In this document: piece after piece, positions 6,877-15,707 of the stretch | Position numbering within the stretch: the stretch's first letter is position 1 | Layout of the letters: every line of letters starts with the position of its first letter | Assembly (NCBI GenBank): GCA_965208675.1 | Contig: OZ242351.1 | Coordinates: 96,001 to 160,000 of the forward strand | Direction: 5' to 3' | DNA length: 64,000 nt | Origin: Candidatus Poribacteria bacterium | GTDB lineage: Bacteria; Poribacteria; WGA-4E; PCPOR2b | Made by a program: the position numbers and the translations under genes | The notes under the pieces: model-generated | What the model saw: the letters and a program-made list of their open reading frames with translations, nothing else | Databases searched by the model: none | What the model was told of the DNA's origin: nothing

Positions 6877-9800
6877 CTTCTAATCGAACCATACTGGAAT
6901 TGAAACGTAAGCTCCTCTTCGGTTCGGTAAGGTTAGGAAAAACTTCTAATCGAACCATACTGGAATTGAAACATTTCCCTTTACTTTTAGCCGAGAGTAT
7001 AGTAGCCTACTTCTAATCGAACCATACTGGAATTGAAACGTTAATCTCTATAATCTCGCCGTATACCTTATTTCCCTTCTAATCGAACCATACTGGAATT
7101 GAAACATTTCCCTTTACTTTTAGCCGAGAGTATAGTAGCCTATCTTCTAATCGAACCATACTGGAATTGAAACTTTACTATCGGCCCTATTCCTAGAGTT
7201 ATATCGTAAGACTTCTAATCGAACCATACTGGAATTGAAACACGTATACGATTACTCCTACTCGTACGGCGAATATACTTCTAATCGAACCATACTGGAA
7301 TTGAAACAGCGACGGCGTTTCGATTTCGCCGTTCTCGTATAACTTCTAATCGAACCATACTGGAATTGAAACTATTCCGTAACGACGGTATAAGTTACCT
7401 CGCCGACTTCTAATCGAACCATACTGGAATTGAAACTTAGTAGACGGCGCGCCCCGTTCGAGTTCTAAGGTTTCCTTCTAATCGAACCATACTGGAATTG
7501 AAACTCGGTTAATTCCTTTTCGGTTAGAGGTTAGGAAACGCCTTCTAATCGAACCATACTGGAATTGAAACTTAAGATTCTTACCGCCATCGGATTTTAG
7601 GTTATTCTTCTAATCGAACCATACTGGAATTGAAACGTATAACCTTATAAACTATATCCCCGTTTTCCGTCCTTCTTCTAATCGAACCATACTGGAATTG
7701 AAACACGCTCCGCCGATATAACCGCCGTAACTATAACTATCTTCTAATCGAACCATACTGGAATTGAAACTATGAAGAGTGGGGAGACGACTGAGATGTT
7801 TAGGAAACTTCTAATCGAACCATACTGGAATTGAAACGATATAACCTCTCTATAAGTTTAACGTTACCGCTATCCTTCTAATCGAACCATACTGGAATTG
7901 AAACTCGGGTGCTCTATCATATAATCCTTTAATCTCTAATCTTCTAATCGAACCATACTGGAATTGAAACATTATTTTACCGATGAAATAACCTTAGATT
8001 CCTATATACTTCTAATCGAACCATACTGGAATTGAAACGGTTTAGGAAAGTTAGAACACAGTAGCACGGGTTTACCTTCTAATCGAACCATACTGGAATT
8101 GAAACTTATTAACCGCTTCGCGTATTCCGTTATCGAATAGACTTCTAATCGAACCATACTGGAATTGAAACACATCCGTTTGTATGGCTAAAGCGAAACG
8201 ATTTTAGCCTTCTAATCGAACCATACTGGAATTGAAACACGCCATTTGCTCATGTGCCGTCTGAATCTTCTTAACCTTCTAATCGAACCATACTGGAATT
8301 GAAACTCCTCTGAGACTAAAGCTCTTGAGACAGCAAACGCCGTCTTCTAATCGAACCATACTGGAATTGAAACAGAGACGTTGCAACCGCTTTCGTTAAA
8401 TCCATTCTGACTTCTAATCGAACCATACTGGAATTGAAACCTTTACAAGGCGGGAATTGTAACAGTGGACGATGTTCTTCTAATCGAACCATACTGGAAT
8501 TGAAACGCAACAAAGCTCTTTTCCATTCCGCAGATTTCATATTCTTCTAATCGAACCATACTGGAATTGAAACTAGAATTATTAAGCAATTCTGGATTAT
8601 CAGATTTATCCTTCTAATCGAACCATACTGGAATTGAAACCCAGCTTTGACTGCGTTATTTGCTGCTCTCAACTTCACTTCTAATCGAACCATACTGGAA
8701 TTGAAACCTTGGATGCGTAAACTATTGATGGCTTCGCTTTTCTTCTAATCGAACCATACTGGAATTGAAACTCATTTCGCCGCGTGCTAGTTGAAAACAC
8801 TCGTCTAAACTTCTAATCGAACCATACTGGAATTGAAACAGATACTTCATTGTGTTACCTCCTTAAAAAAGAGAGCTTCTAATCGAACCATACTGGAATT
8901 GAAACAACTACCGGTGCTGCGCCCACAAGGCTCTCTTTCGCTTCTAATCGAACCATACTGGAATTGAAACAACGAAATTATACATCTTCCAATTGCGCTC
9001 GATATAATCTTCTAATCGAACCATACTGGAATTGAAACGGTGCTTACGACGAGGCGGAGCAGCGGCGCGTCAGCCTTCTAATCGAACCATACTGGAATTG
9101 AAACAGATCTGCGTGTACTGTGACTGTCGCCTTCATCGTAATCTTCTAATCGAACCATACTGGAATTGAAACCAGGCTCCTTAGCAGCTCTTGGATTTGC
9201 GCTTGGACTTCTAATCGAACCATACTGGAATTGAAACCCACCTTATTGCCAGTTGTTTCAATCGCCTCCTTAACACTTCTAATCGAACCATACTGGAATT
9301 GAAACTTTTGTGGTGCGGTTAGAACTGTCCGAGCCAGATGCCTTCTAATCGAACCATACTGGAATTGAAACAGGCTTTCGCCTCGTCTAGTAAATCGTTG
9401 CGTTGTTCCTTCTAATCGAACCATACTGGAATTGAAACCAGGTTGTCAAGCGTTTTTCCGAATTATTTTGCTATCCTTCTAATCGAACCATACTGGAATT
9501 GAAACAAAGTTGCGGGCGTTTGTCTTGGCGCGTCTCGACTTGCTTCTAATCGAACCATACTGGAATTGAAACTAAGCTATTAACATCGCCGTCTGCGATA
9601 TAATCGTGCCTTCTAATCGAACCATACTGGAATTGAAACAGGCTTTCGCCTCGTCTAGTAAATCGTTGCGTTGTTCCTTCTAATCGAACCATACTGGAAT
9701 TGAAACAAAGTTGCGGGCGTTTGTCTTGGCGCGTCTCGACTTGCTTCTAATCGAACCATACTGGAATTGAAACTAATGTGTGCGCTCAAGGTGTAACAGA

Positions 9801-10041
9801 ATTTTTACTTCTAATCGAACCATACTGGAATTGAAACATTCCTTCGGATAGATTTCATACGCGACGCCGGCAAACTTCTAATCGAACCATACTGGAATTG
9901 AAACTTGGCAACCAGCCTTCAGGATATTTGAAAAGCACCATCCTTCTAATCGAACCATACTGGAATTGAAACATTAGCATTACGAATGTGGAAGGAGGTA
10001 GACGGTCGTCCCTTTTAATCGAACCTTACGTTGAATTTCGG
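6877..10041 (+). CRISPR. CRISPR array: 47 identical repeats CTTCTAATCGAACCATACTGGAATTGAAAC plus a degenerate terminal repeat (from 10012); 47 spacers of 34-39 nt
   Basis: Repeats read directly (first 6877-6906, last perfect 9943-9972); the 3' ATTGAAAC handle, the leader side and the degenerate trailer all indicate + orientation. Confidence 0.99.
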
Positions 10042-10226
10042 AATTCCGCCCCAAGTGCAACCTCGCCTGCCTGCTCCCGTATTCCCAATCGTCAATCCCA
10101 ATCCTCCATTTACCCGCAAACCAAATCAATCAAAAGTCCGCCAAAAATAACTTTATATATGTTAAGTATCACTTTCCTGCCGTGGCGACAAATATACCGC
10201 ATCTGAAATATCCAAAAAATTAAACC

Positions 10227-10441
10227 TGTTAAATCTGTTAAATTTTGTAAACTTTTGTAAACCATTTTGCTGCTACTATCCTCGAAAATTCAACGGCGGG
10301 CAGTAAAGAAACCCCATTGCTGTTAATGGTTAGTAACGACAAATACGGGGATTTTACTTTGACAAAATACGTACCCTCAATGTATAATTGCACCCAAAGC
10401 AAAACATGTTAAATCTGTTAAATTTTGTAAACTTTTGTAAA
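10227..10441 (+). repeat. 35-bp perfect direct repeat (10227-10261 and 10407-10441) built from TGT(T)AAA subunits
   Basis: TGTTAAATCTGTTAAATTTTGTAAACTTTTGTAAA twice, exactly 180 bp apart. Confidence 0.95.
10359..10388 (+). promoter_or_regulatory. Consensus sigma70 promoter of the HTH gene
   Basis: TTGACA (10359-10364), 18 nt, TATAAT (10383-10388). Confidence 0.85.
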
Positions 10442-10456
10442 GGAATTGGTTAAATT

Positions 10457-11008
10457 ATGCCTACTAAAACCGAACTGAAAAAACGTGAAGCGATTTCTCT
10501 GATGTTAACGGGAAAGACTACCAAGGAAGTTGCAAAGGCGGTTGGAGTGACCCGCCAAACAATTTGGAAGTGGAAGCAGCAGGAAGATTTTAATCATGAT
10601 ATTGTCGAGGCTGGCGAGAGCATTCTCTCGGAACACACATTGGCAGTTTCAAAACTCGTTGATGAAGCCATCACCGTCATGTCCGAACTGCTTAAAAGCG
10701 AAGACGAAAGCATAAAGATTAAAGCCGCGACGAGCGTGCTGAACGCCGCCAAGAATTGGGGTGCGGATCGCCCAAAGGCCCCGGGGCACTCAAGAGCTGA
10801 AGATGAAATCCACAAAGAACGAATTGAAGCCATAATGCACATTGAGCGGAAGAGGAAAATATTTGAAGAGCAAGGCGGCAAACCCGAAGATTTCTTGATG
10901 TGGTCTTTATTTGGGGACAGCAAAGAGAACGGCAATGGCACAGAGAACTCAACATCAACCGCTTCCGAAAAAACAGAAAAACCGGAATCTGCAAAAACGC
11001 CTGATTGA
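10457..11008 (+). CDS. Helix-turn-helix protein (phage/terminase-small-subunit-like N-terminal HTH with helical C-terminus)
   Basis: TTKEVAKAVGVTRQTIWKWK HTH; AAGGA RBS; LLKSEDESIKIKAA helical segment. Confidence 0.8.
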   Translation: MPTKTELKKREAISLMLTGKTTKEVAKAVGVTRQTIWKWKQQEDFNHDIVEAGESILSEHTLAVSKLVDEAITVMSELLKSEDESIKIKAATSVLNAAKNWGADRPKAPGHSRAEDEIHKERIEAIMHIERKRKIFEEQGGKPEDFLMWSLFGDSKENGNGTENSTSTASEKTEKPESAKTPD

Positions 11009-11076
11009 TGAACGCCGGAACCACCAATCTACCAGATGCCCGCCAAAAATCATTAATGGGGGAAAAACTATTGCCT

Positions 11077-11835
11077 ATGAAAAGCGACCTTAAAGCAGCA
11101 ATTGATCACTTGACCGTTTACGGATACTGCATTCTGGAAGATCGCATTCCCGAGGACATGGCGTTAAGCATGGCGGATCGCTTCCTCGAATTGCACGCTG
11201 ACCCGATGTGCCAGCCCTACAACACGGGGGACGAGCATTATCAGACGCTGTTTGGCATGACGAATTTCGACGACCGAGTCTGGACCTGCGCTAGTCATCC
11301 GGACACCGTTGCAATCGCGGAGCATTTTCTAGGGCAAAACTGCCGCATTCCCGATGCGTGTTCCAAGCCCACGTGGCCCGGTGCGCCGCATGGCGGGCTG
11401 CACGTTGATTCCGCGCACTACTTCAAGGTCGTGCCCAATGTGCCTTGGTTGATCAACAGCATTTGGATGTTAACGGAGTTCACCGAGGAGAACGGCGCAA
11501 CCGGCGTCGTGCCGCTGAGCCACCGCACGCGCCTGCATGAACCTCCGCCGGACATTACTCCAAACAGCCCGCTAGTGAAACCCATCACCGGACGCCCGGG
11601 CACGGTGATGATGTGGCACGGCGGGCTATTCCACATGTCGCGCGCTAACACCACATCCAACGAAATTCGTGTCGGTCTCAACATAGGTTACTGCCCGCGC
11701 TGGTTCAATACCTGGGTAGAGGGCGGACATCAGCCGGTGTGGCACGAGACATACGAGCGAATGCCGTCTGAAATGAAGCGGCTGTGCCTCGGAAAATTGG
11801 GCCGCGACCGTGCAGAACTGTACGAACGGTTTTAA
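11077..11835 (+). CDS. Phytanoyl-CoA dioxygenase (PhyH) family Fe(II)/2OG oxygenase
   Basis: GYCILED, LHVD, ENGATGVVPLSH, distal WHGGLFH; start taken at ATG 11077. Confidence 0.88.
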   Translation: MKSDLKAAIDHLTVYGYCILEDRIPEDMALSMADRFLELHADPMCQPYNTGDEHYQTLFGMTNFDDRVWTCASHPDTVAIAEHFLGQNCRIPDACSKPTWPGAPHGGLHVDSAHYFKVVPNVPWLINSIWMLTEFTEENGATGVVPLSHRTRLHEPPPDITPNSPLVKPITGRPGTVMMWHGGLFHMSRANTTSNEIRVGLNIGYCPRWFNTWVEGGHQPVWHETYERMPSEMKRLCLGKLGRDRAELYERF

Positions 11836-11898
11836 ATAACTATTTGGCTCTTAAATCCTACGAGCGCCGCAAAGGTGGGGTTGTGTGTACCGGCGCCG

Positions 11899-12672
11899 TC
11901 ATGAAAAGATGTCGCGAAAGCGAGTCATCGCCTCCATATCGTCGCCTTTCGGGAACGCTTCCAAACCGATGACCCCGTCATAGTTCAACTCGCGCAAGAC
12001 GCGGCCAATTCCCGGATAATTCATCTCACCGGTGCCCGGCTCGTGGCGCCCGGGCACATCCGCTACGTGCAAATTGCCGATGTAATCGTAATAGTCCCGG
12101 ACAGTCTGGATGACATTGCCCTGTTGGAGCTGCATGTGATACAAATCGCAAAGCAGTTTGATGCGCGGACTGCCAACTTCGTCAAGAAGATTCGTGACAT
12201 CCGCGGTATTAGGGAAGGGATATCCGGCGTGATCAACCTTGATGTTTAGTTGCTCCACATGGTACACGGTATCGTGTTTTTCGGCAAGTTCAGCCACGCG
12301 GCACAGTGTCTTGTAGGCGGTAATCCACATCGTAGCCGGATGCGCCGCAATGGGGTGCACAACATTGCCGGCTTCGTCCAATTCCCCGGTCAATAGGCAC
12401 AGATTCCGGCAGTCCAGCCGCCCGGCAAGGTCGAGGCATTGCTTAACCCCATCCATGAACAGCTCGACGCCGTCGGGGTGTACCATACTCCCGCCCATAC
12501 ATCCCGGTATGGCGTTGACTTCGATATTGGGATCAGCGGCGATTCGGTCAATCGCACTCTCTTCCGAACCCCAAAAATCAACAAGAAACCCGGCTTGGGC
12601 AATCTCTCTAACTCGCTGTTCAAAGGGAATATTTTGCAGAACCGTGCCTGCGGACACAGATAAACGATACAT
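11899..12672 (-). CDS. Hydroxypyruvate isomerase-like TIM barrel (AP endonuclease 2 fold)
   Basis: DLYHMQ, HVADVPGRHEPGTGEMNY, GLEAF; AAGGAG RBS before ATG 12672. Confidence 0.88.
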   Translation of the reverse strand: MYRLSVSAGTVLQNIPFEQRVREIAQAGFLVDFWGSEESAIDRIAADPNIEVNAIPGCMGGSMVHPDGVELFMDGVKQCLDLAGRLDCRNLCLLTGELDEAGNVVHPIAAHPATMWITAYKTLCRVAELAEKHDTVYHVEQLNIKVDHAGYPFPNTADVTNLLDEVGSPRIKLLCDLYHMQLQQGNVIQTVRDYYDYIGNLHVADVPGRHEPGTGEMNYPGIGRVLRELNYDGVIGLEAFPKGDDMEAMTRFRDIFS

Positions 12673-12899
12673 GGACAACTCCTTTTGGGCTTTGGGAGAT
12701 TTATCGGCTGCTAACAACATCGCCGTGAAAAACACTGAGATTGATGGCACACCGAATCAAAGCATTATACCACGTTTTTTGGGAATACTGTCAACCGATT
12801 TTAGCGCGCCGCGCTGCTGCTGAATGTACATTGTGATTCACCGGTATAATGTGGTATCATTCTAGGGCGAGTTGACATTTTTTTGGAGTTGTCCGAAAC

Positions 12900-13002
12900 C
12901 GTAAGGATGGGTAGTCACTGCCCGTTGGCCAATCACGGGAAGCGTATTCACGACCATTAAGAATTGATTGGGAACAAAGGGTTGGGCAGCCCAACCCCTA
13001 CG
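12900..13002. repeat. Degenerate REP doublet
   Basis: CGTAAGGATGGGTAGTCACTGCCCGT ... GGGTTGGGCAGCCCAACCCCTACG. Confidence 0.6.
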
Positions 13003-13214
13003 AATGGTCATGTGGCTGTACGCAGTCCTTGATAGTTCCGATGTGATGAAATGTCAACAGAACTTAATCGGACCCCAAAATTTTGGTCCCGAGATACGAC
13101 AGCGCTTCAACCGATTCACTGGAATTCATCTATCTCATTTTCGGTAGAAGACAACCGCTTTTCCGCATGTAATATTCGTACCGGATTCCGCCCGATTACG
13201 CAAGGAGGCAAAGG

Positions 13215-15014
13215 ATGCAACCCGATTCTGCCGAAGAAACCATACAACGGCTAACATTCAGTCTGTCAGAGCTTGAGCAGCTTGGCGAAGCAATTCTTTC
13301 TGGCGGGGGAAACTTTAATGTGTCAAGTAAAACTTACCTGCGGGTGATTCTTGGAACATTAGGCGTAACTAAGGGCGCAATTTTTTCTTTCGATACGGCG
13401 GAAAGCCATCTCACTATTGAAGCGGAGATTAACCTCAATAATGGTTCGCTAATAATTCCAGTGGCTTCGGACGAAATTTCCATCATACGCGGTTCCTCAA
13501 TTATTGAAATTTCTCAGCCTCCCCACCTGCTGGAACCGTTGTTTAACAGCATTCAGCCGCAACTGCAAAACCTTGACGCTCGACTCTGGGCGCCGCTAAA
13601 AATCCGTGACGAACTTCTGGGAGTCATCAGTCTAGGTCCGTTTCTGTCCGGAATGAGAATTGAATCGTGGGCGCGCGGCGTGTTAAGTGTATTAGCCAAC
13701 CAAACCTCGATTGCAATGGCATATTCACGTTTGATGGATGAGATGCGCGCCGACAAGTTTCACCTCTTTCTCCTTTCTGATATAACCACCCAGATATACA
13801 AACAGTTGAACACGGAACGTCTGGAAGAGGAAATCATAAGCCATGCGGTAACGCTGTTAGACGCCAACTCGGGTTACCTATTCCTCACCGATCCGTTTAG
13901 CCGCCAACTCGAAATGAAGAGCAGCCTTAACCTCAATCCGACAATCGACTCCGACCTGACGGCAAATTCCAGCGAAATGGGTGAATTGTCGGTCCATGCC
14001 ATGGTTAGCGATGTTGCCGCAGACGGGAGAACATTGGTGTGCAATGACGATAAAACCGCCGCGCCTTTCGGCAGGGCGAACCTGATAGCCGCTCCGATTT
14101 TTGGGCGTGAGGAAAATTTGGGGGTTCTCGTTGTATGCGACAAAGAGGATCGGGGCGGCATTCCGCGTAAACTGACTTCTGAGGACAGAATTCTGCTTGA
14201 AGCCTTTTCAAACCAGGCGGGGGTAATTGTCGAAAATGCGCGCCTTTATCAAGAGGCGCTTGAACGTCGGCGGATGCAAGCAGAAATGGAGGAAGCGGAA
14301 AAAATTCAGAGAAACCTCCTCCCGGATGAGCCGCCTGAAATCGCCGGTTATGAACTTGCGGGGATATCTGTACCGCGGGGCGGGGTTGGCGGCGATTACT
14401 ACGATTACATTCGTGAACCCAATGAACGTTGGGGTCTCGCGATTGCCGATGTCTCTGGAAAAGGCATGCAGGCCGCACTGCTTATGGCGACGCTGCGAGC
14501 CGGTTTGCTTTCAGAAGTGGCGCGGCGAAAAGATTTGCCGAGCATGGCAATCACTCTGAACTCTCTGCTTTATGAGAGCAGTACACTCGGCAAATTCGCA
14601 ACCTTCTTCTATGCACAGTTGAATCCGGAAACCGGTATGTTGACTACAATCAATGCAGGGCATAACTACCCCCTGGTTATTCGAAGTAATGGAAGTTTAG
14701 AGCGGTTAAAGATCGGTGGGGTTATGTTAGGCATGTTTCCGGATGATATGATCAATCACGTTTCGGCGTATGAGCAGGAGACGATTAAACTTGATCGCGG
14801 CGACATCGTTTTGTTTTATACCGACGGCGTGACCGAAACATTCAACATCAACAATGAGCTATATGGAGAGAAACGGTTGGAACACCTCGCCAGCCAGATT
14901 CATCACCGAGATGCAAAGGAAATTTGCGGCACAGTACATAATGCAGTGTTGGAATTTCAAGGCGAAGCCCAGCAGTTTGACGATTTAACGCTCATGGTGC
15001 TTAAGAAAACGTAA
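13215..15014 (+). CDS. GAF-GAF-PP2C (SpoIIE/RsbU-like) phosphatase, paralogue 1
   Basis: GGDYYD, ADVSGKG, NAGH, YTDGVTE, DDLT; two GAF-like regions. Confidence 0.93.
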   Translation: MQPDSAEETIQRLTFSLSELEQLGEAILSGGGNFNVSSKTYLRVILGTLGVTKGAIFSFDTAESHLTIEAEINLNNGSLIIPVASDEISIIRGSSIIEISQPPHLLEPLFNSIQPQLQNLDARLWAPLKIRDELLGVISLGPFLSGMRIESWARGVLSVLANQTSIAMAYSRLMDEMRADKFHLFLLSDITTQIYKQLNTERLEEEIISHAVTLLDANSGYLFLTDPFSRQLEMKSSLNLNPTIDSDLTANSSEMGELSVHAMVSDVAADGRTLVCNDDKTAAPFGRANLIAAPIFGREENLGVLVVCDKEDRGGIPRKLTSEDRILLEAFSNQAGVIVENARLYQEALERRRMQAEMEEAEKIQRNLLPDEPPEIAGYELAGISVPRGGVGGDYYDYIREPNERWGLAIADVSGKGMQAALLMATLRAGLLSEVARRKDLPSMAITLNSLLYESSTLGKFATFFYAQLNPETGMLTTINAGHNYPLVIRSNGSLERLKIGGVMLGMFPDDMINHVSAYEQETIKLDRGDIVLFYTDGVTETFNINNELYGEKRLEHLASQIHHRDAKEICGTVHNAVLEFQGEAQQFDDLTLMVLKKT

Positions 15015-15068
15015 TCGCCGTGTAACTGCGCCATTTGGCGCCATGCGCATGATAAGGAAGTTGAGAAC

Positions 15069-15097
15069 TTGACAAAACGATGTATATCAATTAAAAT
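15069..15097 (+). promoter_or_regulatory. Sigma70-like promoter upstream of the STAS gene
   Basis: TTGACA, 17 nt, TAAAAT. Confidence 0.65.
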
Positions 15098-15231
15098 AGT
15101 GTAAGCCAACGTAGAATAACAATCGTCAAGTGATTTGAAAATCAACACGGGACAATTAGCGCGTGCGCGACTAACCACCAAAACAGCACAATTTGCCATA
15201 GATTAGGAATTTACTTTAGGAGGAAATTCTA

Positions 15232-15582
15232 TTGAAAATCAATGTTAGCCAACGCGATGATGTCATCATTTTAACGCCGATTGGCAAAATCATTGGTCCG
15301 GCTGTCAGCGATCTCAGAAAGACGATTGATGAACAACTTGCTAACTTTACCGATGCGCCCAAATTTCTAATCAATTTTGCCGACGTTTCGATGCTGGATA
15401 GTTCCGGGCTCGGAACGCTTATGGGGACGCATGTATCTGTTGTGCGCAAAAATGGACGCATTGCCGTCATAAATGTTGGTGCGAACATCAAGAACCTTAT
15501 AGTTAGAAGCCGATTAATCAGCGTCTTCGAGCATTTTGACAGTGAAGACGAAGCCATCGCATCGCTTACATCGGACGGATAA
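15232..15582 (+). CDS. STAS anti-sigma factor antagonist (RsbV/SpoIIAA-like)
   Basis: MLDSSGLG phospho-serine motif; AGGAGG RBS, TTG start. Confidence 0.92.
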   Translation: MKINVSQRDDVIILTPIGKIIGPAVSDLRKTIDEQLANFTDAPKFLINFADVSMLDSSGLGTLMGTHVSVVRKNGRIAVINVGANIKNLIVRSRLISVFEHFDSEDEAIASLTSDG

Positions 15583-15707
15583 CTGCCCTCATGGGCGGCG
15601 ATGAATAGACAGATTGAAATTTTCGGCAACTCAGAGGAAGTCTAAGAAGGATAAAAACTAACTGCTTTTGCACATCCAATCTGCCTAAATAGAATGGAGA
15701 TGCTAAG

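Noticed and set aside
8316-9424. ORFs 8316-8540 and 9146-9424 on the minus strand
   Set aside because: Translations of CRISPR repeats and spacers (recurring FQFQYGSIR and FNSSMVRLE).
9439-9475. Spacer 39 possibly self-targeting near 31201
   Set aside because: Only about 11 nt (GATAGCAAAAT) match; chance level. No full self-match was noticed by eye, and the search was not exhaustive.
9988-10206. 72-aa ORF after the array
   Set aside because: Starts in the last spacer and crosses the degenerate repeat; low-complexity product.
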